64,000 bases of DNA from positions 1,891 through 65,890 of the forward strand of contig VFJJ01000105.1 in NCBI GenBank assembly GCA_009886115.1. Reading direction: 5' to 3'. Positions 52,964 to 62,207 of the stretch are shown here, piece after piece; the first letter of the stretch is position 1; each line of letters starts with the position of its first letter. The notes under the pieces are model-generated. The model ran no database searches. It was not told the DNA's origin and saw only the letters and a list, made by a program, of their open reading frames with translations. The DNA is from Actinomycetota bacterium (GTDB lineage Bacteria; Actinomycetota; Acidimicrobiia; IMCC26256; VFJJ01). Made by a program: the position numbers and the translations under genes.

Positions 52964-54310
52964 ATGCTCGATGACAGCGGCTTCGGTCCCGACGAGCGGC
53001 GCATCGTCGAATGGATGACCACGCACCTGGGAGCGACCGTCACCGGGCTCCGGCGCCAGCCCCGCTGGCGGCCGGTGTGGTTCGTCGACGTCGACCGCGA
53101 CGGCGAACGGCTGGAGTTGGTGGTGCGAGGCGATCGCTTCGATGTGCCCGGCGTGTTCCCCCTCGAGCACGAGATGCTCGTGCAGCGCCTGCTCGACGAG
53201 CGCGGCATCCCCGTTCCGCACGTGTACGGATGGTGCGACGCGCCTCGAGCGTTCGTCACCAGCCGGGTGCCCGGTGAGCCCGACTTCGCGCACGCCACCG
53301 ACAGCGAGCGGGAGTCGGTGATGGACGACTACCTCGCCATCCTGGCTCGCATGCACGCCCTCGACGTGGAGCCGTTCGCCCGGGCCGGCGTGTGGAGGGC
53401 GGCGACACCCAGTGAGTCGGGCACCTTCGGTCTGGCCTTGTACGAGATGGGCTACCGCCGTATGAAGAAGAGGCCCGACCCGTTCCTCGAGTGGGTTCTG
53501 GCCTGGCTCCGCCGCCACCCCCTCGACCATCACGGGCGCGAGTCGGTGGTGGTATGGGACTCGGGCCAGTTCCACCACGAGCGCGGGAAGATCACCGGGG
53601 TGCTCGACATCGAGCTCGGCCACATCGGCGATCCGCTCATGGACCTGGCGGCGTTCCGGATGCGCGACACCATCGTCGGCTACGGCGACTTCAAGGACCT
53701 CTACGCCCGCTACGAACGGCTCTCGGGCCACCCGGTCGACGTCGGCGCGATCCAGTGGCACCACCTGGCCTTCACGTTGTCGAACCAGCTCGCCTACCAC
53801 GCCGCCCTGGCCGAGCCCGTCGCCGGGTCCGACTACATGACCAACGCCCAGTGGTGCTGCGAGACCAACATCTTCGCCGTCGAGGCCGTCGCCGAGATCC
53901 TCGGGATCGAGCTCGGCGAGGTGGAGCTCCCCGAGATCGACCGGTCGCCCGTGGGCCAGGCCCACGAGCACCTCGTGCGGGCGCTGCGCAGCATCGACGG
54001 TGCCGACGACTTCGCCCGGCACGAGATCCGCATCGCCTTCCGCCTGGCCCGCCATCTCCAACGCTTCGACGAGATCGGCCGGCAGGTCATCGACGCCGAC
54101 CTCGACGACCTGGCCGAGCTGATCGGCCGGCGCCCGTCGAGCTGGCAGGAGGGCCACGCCGCTCTCGAGGACTACGTGCTGGCCGACGACGGTCGCCACG
54201 ACGAGCAGCTCGTCACGCTGTTCCACCGCCGAACGACCAGGGCCCAGAAGCTCCTCGGCCCCGCCGGCTCGGCCATGACCACCCACCTGCCCATCCAGAT
54301 GTTCGGCTGA
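52964..54310 (+). CDS. Phosphotransferase (APH/choline-kinase-like) family protein
   Basis: The kinase-like fold is indicated by ...VVVWDSGQFHHERGKITGVLDIELGHIGDPLMDLA (Brenner/DxD-type catalytic and Mg loop). The last three codons and the stop lie in the first unit of the 14-nt array. Confidence 0.8.
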   Translation: MLDDSGFGPDERRIVEWMTTHLGATVTGLRRQPRWRPVWFVDVDRDGERLELVVRGDRFDVPGVFPLEHEMLVQRLLDERGIPVPHVYGWCDAPRAFVTSRVPGEPDFAHATDSERESVMDDYLAILARMHALDVEPFARAGVWRAATPSESGTFGLALYEMGYRRMKKRPDPFLEWVLAWLRRHPLDHHGRESVVVWDSGQFHHERGKITGVLDIELGHIGDPLMDLAAFRMRDTIVGYGDFKDLYARYERLSGHPVDVGAIQWHHLAFTLSNQLAYHAALAEPVAGSDYMTNAQWCCETNIFAVEAVAEILGIELGEVELPEIDRSPVGQAHEHLVRALRSIDGADDFARHEIRIAFRLARHLQRFDEIGRQVIDADLDDLAELIGRRPSSWQEGHAALEDYVLADDGRHDEQLVTLFHRRTTRAQKLLGPAGSAMTTHLPIQMFG

Positions 54311-54394
54311 CACTGTTCGGCTGACACTGTTCGGCTGACACTGTTCGGCTGACACTGTCCGGCTGACACTGTTCGGCTGACACTGTTCGGCTGA
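54301..54394 (+). repeat. 14-nt tandem array, about 6.7 units of GTTCGGCTGACACT
   Basis: Units start at 54301, 54315, 54329, 54343, 54357 (variant GTCC), 54371 and 54385 (truncated). The array runs from the phosphotransferase stop to 33 nt before the esterase ATG. Confidence 0.95.
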
Positions 54395-54426
54395 GACCGA
54401 GCACCCGAGAGAGACGGAGAACCCGC

Positions 54427-55377
54427 ATGGACGTGCAACGACTGCTCGACCCCGATGTGGCCTCAGCGTTGGCCCTGTTTCCCTTCGACCTGGGCTCGCT
54501 CAGCGTCGACGTGCTCCCCGCCTACCGCAGCGGCATGGGCTCGGCGCCGCCGCCGGAGCTCTCGGGCGCCGTGGAGTGCCGAGTCGTGGAGGTGGCCGGG
54601 CCCGCCGGGGCGCCCGACGTGGCACTGCGGATCCATCGTCCCAAGGCGTTGACGGGCGCCCTGCCGTGCGTGTTCTGGATGCACGGCGGCGGCTACGTGC
54701 TCGGTTCAGCAGCCATGGACGATCTCCGTTTCGACGAGTGGTGCCAGCAGTTCGGGTGCGTCGGCGTGTCGGTGGAGTACCGGTTGGCCCCCGAGACGCC
54801 GTACCCCGGGCCTCTCGACGACTGCTACGCCGGTCTGCGCTGGGTGCACGCCAACGCATCCGAGCTCGGCATCGACGCCGGCCGCATCGGCATCGGGGGC
54901 GCCAGCGCCGGCGCCGGCCTGGCCTCGGGCCTGGCATTGCTCGCCCGCGACCGGGCCGAGGTGCCGCTGGCGTTCCAGCTCCTCGTCTACCCGATGCTCG
55001 ACGATCGGTTGACCACCGCCTCGAGCGGCTGGGAGGTGCCGGTCTGGCCGCCTGCAGCCAACCGCTTCGGGTGGGAGGCCTATCTCGGCGCTCTCGCCGC
55101 CGATCGCGATGCGGTGCCTCCCTACGCGGCCGCGGCCCGGGCCACCGACGTGTCGGGCCTGCCGCCGACGCTGGTGCAGGTGGGCGCGCTCGACGGGTTC
55201 CTCGACGAAGACGTCGACTACGCCATGCGGCTCATCAGGGCCGGTGTGCCCACCGAGCTCCATGTGTATCCCGGCGCCCCGCACGGATTCGACGCCATGG
55301 CGCTGGGAACGGCCGTCGCTCAACAGGCCCGCCGCGACACCGAGGCCTGGCTGGGCAAGATCCTGACCGCCCGGTAG
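54427..55377 (+). CDS. Alpha/beta hydrolase, hormone-sensitive-lipase-like esterase
   Basis: The protein has an HGGG oxyanion motif (WMHGGGYVLG), a nucleophile elbow GGASAG, and a C-terminal DxxxD...H (PGAPHGF). Confidence 0.85.
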   Translation: MDVQRLLDPDVASALALFPFDLGSLSVDVLPAYRSGMGSAPPPELSGAVECRVVEVAGPAGAPDVALRIHRPKALTGALPCVFWMHGGGYVLGSAAMDDLRFDEWCQQFGCVGVSVEYRLAPETPYPGPLDDCYAGLRWVHANASELGIDAGRIGIGGASAGAGLASGLALLARDRAEVPLAFQLLVYPMLDDRLTTASSGWEVPVWPPAANRFGWEAYLGALAADRDAVPPYAAAARATDVSGLPPTLVQVGALDGFLDEDVDYAMRLIRAGVPTELHVYPGAPHGFDAMALGTAVAQQARRDTEAWLGKILTAR

Positions 55378-55454
55378 CCGGTCTGCCGTTGCCGTGGACC
55401 GGCGCATGCCTCCTGCTCGACCGGTGACGACGGCGGTCGTGCCGATGCACGAGG

Positions 55455-57149
55455 TCAGGTGCCTGCACCGTCCCGGTCATCGGTCCGGGGGCTGACGGCG
55501 GCGTCGCGGCCGGCGACGTACCCGAACGCGATGGCCGGACCCAACGTGCCCCCGGCGCCGCCGTAGGCCATGGCCGTGGCGGCGGCCATGGTGTTGCCCG
55601 CTGCGTAGAGCCCGGGGATCACACCGCCGCCCTGGCGCAGCACCCGGGCCCGGGCATCGGTGCGCGGGCCACCATTGGTGCCGAGCGAACCGCACTCGAT
55701 CCGTAGGGCGTGATAGGGCCCTGCGTCGAGCGGGCCCAGCGTCGTGAACGGCGGCTCGAGCGTGCGGTCGCCGTTGAAGTGATCGAAGGCGCTGCGGCCG
55801 CGTCCATGATCGGGATCGTCACCCCGCCGAGCGTGCTCGTTGAAACGGGCGACGGTGGCCTCCAGTGCGTCGGGGGGAACACCGATGCGCACGGCCAACT
55901 CGGACACGGTCTCGCCGGTGACGATCCAGTCGGGCACGGCGTCGCCGGCTCGTACCGTGAAGACGTTGTAGCGCTGCTGATGCCCGTGATCGAACACCAT
56001 CCAGGCCGGTTGGTTCGGGTAGGTGAACGTCGCCGGGTCGAAGGTGTGGAACACCCCGCCCATGGCGTTGTAGTTCCCGGCCTCGTTGCAAAAGCGCCGG
56101 CCGTGGGCGTTCACGAGGATCGAGCGGGGCCGGGTGCGCTCCGAGAGCACCAGCCGCACCCGGGGCTCACCCCACTCGGTCTCGCCCGGGATACGGGCAA
56201 CCGGCACCCACCACGCGTGCGGCATGTTGCCCAGGCGGGCACCGACGGCCATGGCCATGACGAGTCCGTCGCCCGTGTTGGTCGGGGTGCTCGCCGGCGC
56301 GGTCATGGGGCCCCGCAGGAACGTCTTCACCAGCTCGGGGTTCCACTCGAAGCCGCCAGTTGCGAGGATCACACCGTTGCGGGCCTCGACCTCGACGACA
56401 CTCCCGCCGCCTCCGGTTCCAGCGCAGTCGCCGTCGGGAAGCGCGAAGCGGACGCCCGTCACCCTCCCGTCGTCGGTCACGAGCTCCACGGCCCGGTGCG
56501 ACAGGTTGGGTTCGATGCCCCGGTCGAGGCACGCTCGCAGGAGGGCACCGACCAACGCCAGGCCCAGACCGTTGGCGTGCTTGGCGATCCGATCGGCGAT
56601 GAGCGCCTTGTCCGGAGGCCCGGTGGCTCCCCCCAAGGCCGTGTCGGAGAGGGTCATCGGCATCGGCCCCCCCGGGTTGCGGATGCGATCGGCCCAGTCG
56701 CCGAGCTCGTCGAAGCTGAACACCTCGTTGTCGAGCGACCGTCCGCCGCCAGGTTTCCCACCGGGATGCTCGGGGTGGTAGTCGGGATACCCGTCGATCA
56801 CGAAGAAGCGGCAGGCGGTGTTGTCTTCCAGCCATCGCAACGCTTCCGGGCCGTTGTCGACGAAGCTGGCAGCGAGGTCGGAATCGAGCAACCCGGACGA
56901 GAGCGCGTGCAGATACGCGAGGGCGTCGTCGCGCGAGTCGGCGAGGCCGGCTTCGAGCATGTGGTGGTTGTTGGGCATCCACACCACGCCACCACTCATC
57001 GACGTCGTGCCGCCGACCAGATCACTCTTCTCGAACAGGCCGACGCTGGCACCCGCCTCGGCAGCGACGACCGCGGCCACGAGACCGGCGGCGCCGGTCC
57101 CCAGCACCACGACATCGAACGATCGGTTGGACGATTCGGGAGTCGTCAT
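55455..57149 (-). CDS. FAD-dependent oxidoreductase, 3-ketosteroid-delta1-dehydrogenase / fumarate-reductase flavoprotein-like
   Basis: The protein has FDVVVLGTGAAGLVAAVVAAEAG...GGTTSMSGGVVW and a C-terminal PGLYAAGN FAD motif. Confidence 0.85.
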   Translation of the reverse strand: MTTPESSNRSFDVVVLGTGAAGLVAAVVAAEAGASVGLFEKSDLVGGTTSMSGGVVWMPNNHHMLEAGLADSRDDALAYLHALSSGLLDSDLAASFVDNGPEALRWLEDNTACRFFVIDGYPDYHPEHPGGKPGGGRSLDNEVFSFDELGDWADRIRNPGGPMPMTLSDTALGGATGPPDKALIADRIAKHANGLGLALVGALLRACLDRGIEPNLSHRAVELVTDDGRVTGVRFALPDGDCAGTGGGGSVVEVEARNGVILATGGFEWNPELVKTFLRGPMTAPASTPTNTGDGLVMAMAVGARLGNMPHAWWVPVARIPGETEWGEPRVRLVLSERTRPRSILVNAHGRRFCNEAGNYNAMGGVFHTFDPATFTYPNQPAWMVFDHGHQQRYNVFTVRAGDAVPDWIVTGETVSELAVRIGVPPDALEATVARFNEHARRGDDPDHGRGRSAFDHFNGDRTLEPPFTTLGPLDAGPYHALRIECGSLGTNGGPRTDARARVLRQGGGVIPGLYAAGNTMAAATAMAYGGAGGTLGPAIAFGYVAGRDAAVSPRTDDRDGAGT

Positions 57150-57229
57150 CGGGCGCGGAGCTTACGGCTGACGGCACCGACCTCAGGCAGTGCGAAGGCC
57201 ACGTTCGCCGATCCCGCGACCGCAGCGCT

Positions 57230-57410
57230 ACCGTGCGTGCGTCAGCTCAGAGGCGAAGTCCGGTGAGATCCCGGCACTGTCCCGCAACGGTAGAGCTGCG
57301 CAGGTCACTGCGTAGCGAGTCCGGTCGAACTCTGTTCTGCACGAACCACAGACCCTCGAGGCCAGGGGTTGGTTCGTCCGGCAGGATCCCTGTCGTTCGA
57401 GCAGCCGTTC
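57230..57410 (+). promoter_or_regulatory. Cobalamin (B12) riboswitch
   Basis: The sequence AGGCGAAGTCCGGTGAGATCCCGGCACTGTCCCGCAACGGTAGAG (57250-57294) matches the conserved AGGGAA..GGUG.GAA.CC...GC.G.CCCGCAAC.GUA core. A B12-box-like GAGTCCGG follows. It lies upstream of a B12 uptake/salvage operon. Confidence 0.8.
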
Positions 57411-57431
57411 CTCGACGACAGGAGACATACC

Positions 57432-58400
57432 TTGCTCAGAGCCCGAAAGCTCGTCCCCGTCATCGTTGCCATCGCCATGCTCGGCGCGGCCTGCGGTGAT
57501 GATGCCCCCGAGACGACACCCCAGACGACATCATCAGCGACCGTCCCGTCGGAAGTCCCGTCGACAGAGCCGACACAGACGACCGAGACGGTAGAGACCG
57601 CAGACGTGCCCCAGCGCATCGTCTCGCTCTCGCCTTCGGCGACGGAGATGCTGTTCGCCATCGGAGCCGGCGACCAGGTGCTCGCCGTCGACGCGTTCTC
57701 GTACTTCCCGCCCGAGGCCCCCGTCACCGAGCTCAGCGGGTTCCAGCCCAATGTGGAGGCGATCGTCGGCTACGACCCTGATCTGGTGGTGCTCTCCGAC
57801 GACATCGACGACGTCGTGAGCGGTCTCCAGGCCGCGGGAATCACGACGATGCTCATGAACGCACCGGTGGACATCCCCGGCACGTACGCGCAGATCGAGC
57901 AGCTCGGCGAGGCCACCGGCCATACCGCCGAGGCCACCGACCTGGTCGAGCAGATGCAAACGACGATCGACAGGCTCATCGCATCGATCCCCGAGCGCGA
58001 GACGCCGCTCACCTACTACCACGAGCTCGACGACCAGCTGTACTCGGTCACGTCGAAGACGTTCATCGGTGAGATCTATGCCTTGGCCGGACTCACCAAC
58101 GTGGCCGATGCCGCCGATCCCGACGGTGCGGCCGGCGGTTACCCCCAGTTGTCAGCCGAGTACCTCGTCGATGCCGATCCCGATCTGATCTTCCTCGCCG
58201 ACACGGTGTGCTGTGCCCAGAGTGCAGCTTCGCTGGCCGCGCGCCCGGGTTTCGATCAGCTCAGCGCAGTCAAGGCCGGCAACGTCATCGAGCTCGACGA
58301 CGACATCGCGTCGCGCTGGGGCCCACGGATCGTCGACTTCCTTGAAACTGTGGTGGCCGCGACGAACGCCGCCTCGGCCGCCGATACCGGAACGAGCTGA
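57432..58400 (+). CDS. btuF: BtuF/FepB-type (cluster A) ABC substrate-binding lipoprotein, probable corrinoid binding
   Basis: The protein has a lipobox AMLGAACG, and RIVSLSPSATEMLFAIGAGDQVLAV is the typical BtuF/periplasmic-binding-protein-2 N-terminus. A TTG start at 57432 has AGGAG 7 nt upstream; the track ORF gives an alternative start at 57369. Confidence 0.8.
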   Translation: MLRARKLVPVIVAIAMLGAACGDDAPETTPQTTSSATVPSEVPSTEPTQTTETVETADVPQRIVSLSPSATEMLFAIGAGDQVLAVDAFSYFPPEAPVTELSGFQPNVEAIVGYDPDLVVLSDDIDDVVSGLQAAGITTMLMNAPVDIPGTYAQIEQLGEATGHTAEATDLVEQMQTTIDRLIASIPERETPLTYYHELDDQLYSVTSKTFIGEIYALAGLTNVADAADPDGAAGGYPQLSAEYLVDADPDLIFLADTVCCAQSAASLAARPGFDQLSAVKAGNVIELDDDIASRWGPRIVDFLETVVAATNAASAADTGTS

Positions 58401-58407
58401 GCCGATC

Positions 58408-59484
58408 GTGGGCGCCGTCGCCGTCGACGAGCAGGGTCTCCGGGTGGCATTGCCCCGGGGTACCCGGCTCGAGACCGGGTGGTTGGTGGGAGGCATCGCT
58501 GCCGCCCTCGGGGCTGTGGTGCTCGGGCTCTGGCTCGGGCCGGTCTCGATCCCACCGGGGCGCGTCATGCTCGAGCTGCTCGACCGGCTGCCGGTGATCG
58601 ACATCGATTCGGGCCTGTCGGTCTCCGATCGGGCGATCGTCTGGGACCTGCGTGCGCCTCGCGTCGTGCTCGGCCTGCTCGTCGGCGGCCTCCTCGCGGG
58701 CTCGGGAGCCGCCTACCAGGGCGTGTTCCGCAACCCGCTGGCCGACCCCTACCTCCTCGGGATCGCCGCCGGAGCCGGCCTCGGAGCGACCCTGGCCATC
58801 GTGAGCGGGGTTGGCGATGGGATCGGCGTGGTCGATCCCGTGCCGCTGGCCGCATTCGTCGGCGCACTGGTCGCCGTCGCCGCCGCGGGGATGCTGGGCA
58901 CACGGCGGGGACGATCGGGAACGGCCAGCACCCTGATCCTGGCCGGCGTAGCCGTCGCCAGCTTCCTCACCGCGGTGCAAACCTATGTGCAGCAACGACA
59001 TGCGGAGTCGCTGCGTCAGGTCTACTCCTGGTTGCTGGGCCGACTCTCGACGAGCGGGTGGGGCGAGGTCGGGCTGCTGGCACCGTACGCGGTGGCGTGT
59101 GTCGTCGTCCTCACGCTCTCGGTCGGGGCCCTCGACGTTCTGGCCGTCGGCGACGACGAAGCGGCGTCGCTCGGCATGCGACCCCGCCGAGTTCGATTGG
59201 TGGTGCTGGGCGCGGCATCGCTGGGCGCGGCAGCGGCGGTCGCCGTGAGCGGCCTCATCGGCTTCGTCGGCTTGATCGTTCCGCATGTCGTGCGCCGCTT
59301 GACCGGCGTGTCGCATCGCCAGGTCATTCCCCTGTCGTTCCTGTTCGGTGGCGCCTTCCTGGTTCTCACCGACATCGCGGCCCGGACGGTGCAGGCCCCG
59401 GCCGAGCTCCCCATCGGCGTGATCACGGCGTTCATCGGCGCGCCGTTCTTCCTGCTGATCCTGCGCCGGGGGTCTGAGGCATGA
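58408..59484 (+). CDS. btuC: FecCD/BtuC-family ABC permease
   Basis: The pattern is ...LRAPRVVLGLLVGGLLAGSGAAYQGVFRNPLADPYLLGI...PIGVITAFIGAPFFLLIL. The start is GTG 58408. Confidence 0.85.
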   Translation: MGAVAVDEQGLRVALPRGTRLETGWLVGGIAAALGAVVLGLWLGPVSIPPGRVMLELLDRLPVIDIDSGLSVSDRAIVWDLRAPRVVLGLLVGGLLAGSGAAYQGVFRNPLADPYLLGIAAGAGLGATLAIVSGVGDGIGVVDPVPLAAFVGALVAVAAAGMLGTRRGRSGTASTLILAGVAVASFLTAVQTYVQQRHAESLRQVYSWLLGRLSTSGWGEVGLLAPYAVACVVVLTLSVGALDVLAVGDDEAASLGMRPRRVRLVVLGAASLGAAAAVAVSGLIGFVGLIVPHVVRRLTGVSHRQVIPLSFLFGGAFLVLTDIAARTVQAPAELPIGVITAFIGAPFFLLILRRGSEA

Positions 59485-60386
59485 CCGCCCGAGTCCCGAA
59501 CGAGCCGGTCGCGCCCGGCCGAACGGCGGCCGTCGACGTCGCCTGGGCTGGTGCCGCGGTGCAGCGCGGCGGTCGACGGGTCGTCGACGGCGTCGACCTC
59601 AGTGTCAGCGGCGGATCGTGGGTCTCGCTGCTCGGACCCAACGGCGCCGGCAAGACCACGCTCGTGCGCACGCTGGCGGGGAGCGGCCTCGACGCCGGCA
59701 GCGTGAGCATCGGAGGCCGCTCACTGGGCGACCTGAGCGCGCGCGAACGAGCTCGGCTGATCGCCGTGGTTCCCCAGCATCCCGTGATACCACCGGGGAT
59801 CGCCGTGTTCGACTACGTGCTGCTCGGCCGGGCGCCGCATCAGGGTCTGCGGTTCGCCGCTTCGGAGGAAGACCGCCGGCGGACCCACGCCGTCGCCCAG
59901 CGGCTCGATCTCGACGAGCTCTCGACCCGAACGCTCGAGAGCCTCTCGGGCGGCGAGCGGCAGCGGGTCGTGCTGGCGCGAGCCCTGGCCCAGGACACGC
60001 CGGTCCTGGTGCTCGACGAGCCGACCACGTTCCTCGACGTGGGCCATCAACTCGCCGTGCTCGAGCTCATCGCCGAGCTCCGCGCCGAGCGGAGCCTGAC
60101 CGTCATCACGACCATGCACGACCTCTCGGTTGCCGGCCAGTTCGCCGACACCGTTGCCGTGATGAGCGCCGGCCGGCTGATCGCCCATGGCCGCCCAGCC
60201 CAGGTGCTCACCCCGGAGCTCATCGAGACGTGCTGGGGCGTCGCCGCCACCACGACGGTCGATGGGCACGGCGGCGTCACGGTCGCCGTGCAACGCCGCC
60301 GTGAGGTCCCGCTCTGGCCCGGGCGCGCTCGTGTGACCGAGCCTCCCGAGTCGAGCACCCCCACGACCTTGGAGCCCACGCGATGA
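59481..60386 (+). CDS. btuD: ABC transporter ATP-binding protein (BtuD/FecE-like)
   Basis: Motifs present are Walker A GPNGAGKTT, signature LSGGERQRVVLARA and Walker B LVLDEP. There is an ATGA overlap at 59481-59484. Confidence 0.9.
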   Translation: MTARVPNEPVAPGRTAAVDVAWAGAAVQRGGRRVVDGVDLSVSGGSWVSLLGPNGAGKTTLVRTLAGSGLDAGSVSIGGRSLGDLSARERARLIAVVPQHPVIPPGIAVFDYVLLGRAPHQGLRFAASEEDRRRTHAVAQRLDLDELSTRTLESLSGGERQRVVLARALAQDTPVLVLDEPTTFLDVGHQLAVLELIAELRAERSLTVITTMHDLSVAGQFADTVAVMSAGRLIAHGRPAQVLTPELIETCWGVAATTTVDGHGGVTVAVQRRREVPLWPGRARVTEPPESSTPTTLEPTR

Positions 60387-60985
60387 GCGATCTCGACACG
60401 CCGCCGGCCGACCCGTCGTCGGCAGATCAGCCGCCCACCGACGATCCCCGTCCCGACGGGCTCCGACGGGCCGAGTCGCTCGTGCTCGTCAACACCGGTG
60501 ACGGGAAGGGGAAGTCGAGCGCGGCGTTCGGGGTGCTCATGCGTTCGATCGCCCGGGGCTGGCCCGTAGCTGTCGTGCAGTTCCTGAAATCAGGTTCGTG
60601 GAATGTCGGCGAGGAGAAGATCGCCCGGGAGCTCGGCGCCGACTGGTGGGCACTCGGAGCCGGCTTCACCTGGGACAGCGCCGACCTCACCGAGGACCAA
60701 GCCGTCGCCCGCGCCGCCTGGGCTCACGCGGCGAGCCTTCTCGAGCAAGGTTCGCATCGACTGGTCGTGCTCGACGAGATCACGTATCCGATGAACTGGG
60801 GATGGATCGACGCCGACGCCGTGGTGCGGGCGATCGTCGACCGCTCGCCCAAGGTCAACGTGGTCGCGACCGGCCGAGACGCGCCGTCGGCACTCGTCGC
60901 CGTCGCCGACACCGCCACCGAGATGCGCAACATCAAGCACGCCTACGACTCGGGGATTCGCGCGATGAAGGGGATCGACTATTGA
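60383..60985 (+). CDS. cobO: Cob(I)yrinic acid a,c-diamide adenosyltransferase (CobA/CobO/BtuR type)
   Basis: The sequence LVLVNTGDGKGKSSAAFG contains the modified P-loop, followed by ...VVQFLK...LVVLDE.TY. There is an ATGA overlap at 60383-60386. Confidence 0.9.
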   Translation: MSDLDTPPADPSSADQPPTDDPRPDGLRRAESLVLVNTGDGKGKSSAAFGVLMRSIARGWPVAVVQFLKSGSWNVGEEKIARELGADWWALGAGFTWDSADLTEDQAVARAAWAHAASLLEQGSHRLVVLDEITYPMNWGWIDADAVVRAIVDRSPKVNVVATGRDAPSALVAVADTATEMRNIKHAYDSGIRAMKGIDY

Positions 60986-61623
60986 ATCGCGCCGCGGCTC
61001 CGGCCCAGCTCCGACACCTCGCCGGCCCCGACACGCGGCCGGTGCTGGAGTGGCGCTTCACCAACCGGCCCATGGCCTTGTCGTCGGCCGCCGTCGGTGG
61101 GGGCTGGCGGCGGCTCGACTGGGCGCTGAACGTGGGTGTCGATCTCGCGTACAACCGCACCGATCTCGACGGGCACGGGCGTGAGGTCGCTGCTGCGCTC
61201 GGCCTCACCGGCGACGGGACCGTCCTGTTCACCGCCGCCGACGTGACGCGCTGCACCAAAGCCGACGACGGTGGGGTCCACGTCGACGCCACCGTCGGCA
61301 TCACCAGCCCCACGTGGGCCGCTGCCACCGACGGAGCATCCACGGCGTGGCGTGCCGGCACGATCAACATCGTGGTTCAGCTCCCGGTCGCGCTGAGCCC
61401 GGCGGCGGCGGTCAACACCGTCATCACCATCACCGAGGCCAAGAGCCAGGCCCTGCTCGATGCCTCGGTACCCGGGACCGGCACGGCCAGCGACGCCGTG
61501 GTCGTGTGCTGGCCGGTCGAGGGCGATCCCGAGATCTTCGCCGGGCCCCGCTCGGCGTGCGGCGCCAGCGTGGCCCGCGCGGTCTACAGGGCGGTCACCT
61601 CGGGGATCGAGCGCTCCCGATGA
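60982..61623 (+). CDS. cbiZ: Adenosylcobinamide amidohydrolase (CbiZ family)
   Basis: The pattern ...ALSSAAVGGG...LNVGV...TAADV...VGITSPTWAA...GTINIVV...VITITEAKSQALLD...GTGTASDAVVV is CbiZ-like. The TTG start overlaps the cobO stop (TTGA). Confidence 0.7.
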   Translation: MNRAAAPAQLRHLAGPDTRPVLEWRFTNRPMALSSAAVGGGWRRLDWALNVGVDLAYNRTDLDGHGREVAAALGLTGDGTVLFTAADVTRCTKADDGGVHVDATVGITSPTWAAATDGASTAWRAGTINIVVQLPVALSPAAAVNTVITITEAKSQALLDASVPGTGTASDAVVVCWPVEGDPEIFAGPRSACGASVARAVYRAVTSGIERSR

Positions 61624-62207
61624 TCACCCTCGTGCTCGGAGGCACGCGTTCGGGGAAATCGTCCGTGGCCGAACGGCTCGCAGCCAACATCGCCGCCGCT
61701 GGCGGAGGCGGTGGCGCCGTGACCTATGTGGCGACGGCCAGCCCGGTCCCCGACGATCACGACCATCTCGCGCGAGTCGCCATGCACCAGGCTCGCCGCC
61801 CCGACACCTGGACGACGATCGAGTCCAGCCGGTCGGAGCTCGCTGCCGTCATCGCTGGTGCACCGGGCATCGTGCTGGTCGACTCGCTGGGCTCGTGGGT
61901 CGGACTGCATCTCGATCTCCGGGTCGAGCTCGAGCCCATCGTCGCCGCGCTCGCAGCGCGTCGCGACCCGACGATCGTGGTCTCGGAGGAAGTCGGCCTC
62001 TCGGTCCATCCCGTGTCGGAGCTCGGGCGTCGCTTCGTCGACGTGCTCGGCGAGCTCAACCAGAGGGTCAGCGCGATCGCCGAGCGGGTCCTGTTCGTCG
62101 TCGCCGGTCGAGCCATCGACCTCATCGCGACATCCGAGCTCGCCGGTCTGGCACCCGAGCCGTCCAGGCCCCTTCGACCCGTGGCCGACGATCCGCCGTC
62201 GTGCTGA
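61620..62207 (+). CDS. cobU: Bifunctional adenosylcobinamide kinase / adenosylcobinamide-phosphate guanylyltransferase
   Basis: The sequence MITLVLGGTRSGKSSVAE contains the P-loop, followed by ...YVATA...H..RRP..W.T.E...VLVDSLG.W. There is an ATGA overlap at 61620-61623. Confidence 0.85.
   Translation: MITLVLGGTRSGKSSVAERLAANIAAAGGGGGAVTYVATASPVPDDHDHLARVAMHQARRPDTWTTIESSRSELAAVIAGAPGIVLVDSLGSWVGLHLDLRVELEPIVAALAARRDPTIVVSEEVGLSVHPVSELGRRFVDVLGELNQRVSAIAERVLFVVAGRAIDLIATSELAGLAPEPSRPLRPVADDPPSC

Noticed and set aside
54301-54394. The 14-nt array considered as a CRISPR array.
   Set aside because: The units are directly adjacent with no spacers, the unit is far shorter than CRISPR repeats (over 23 nt), and no cas genes are present.
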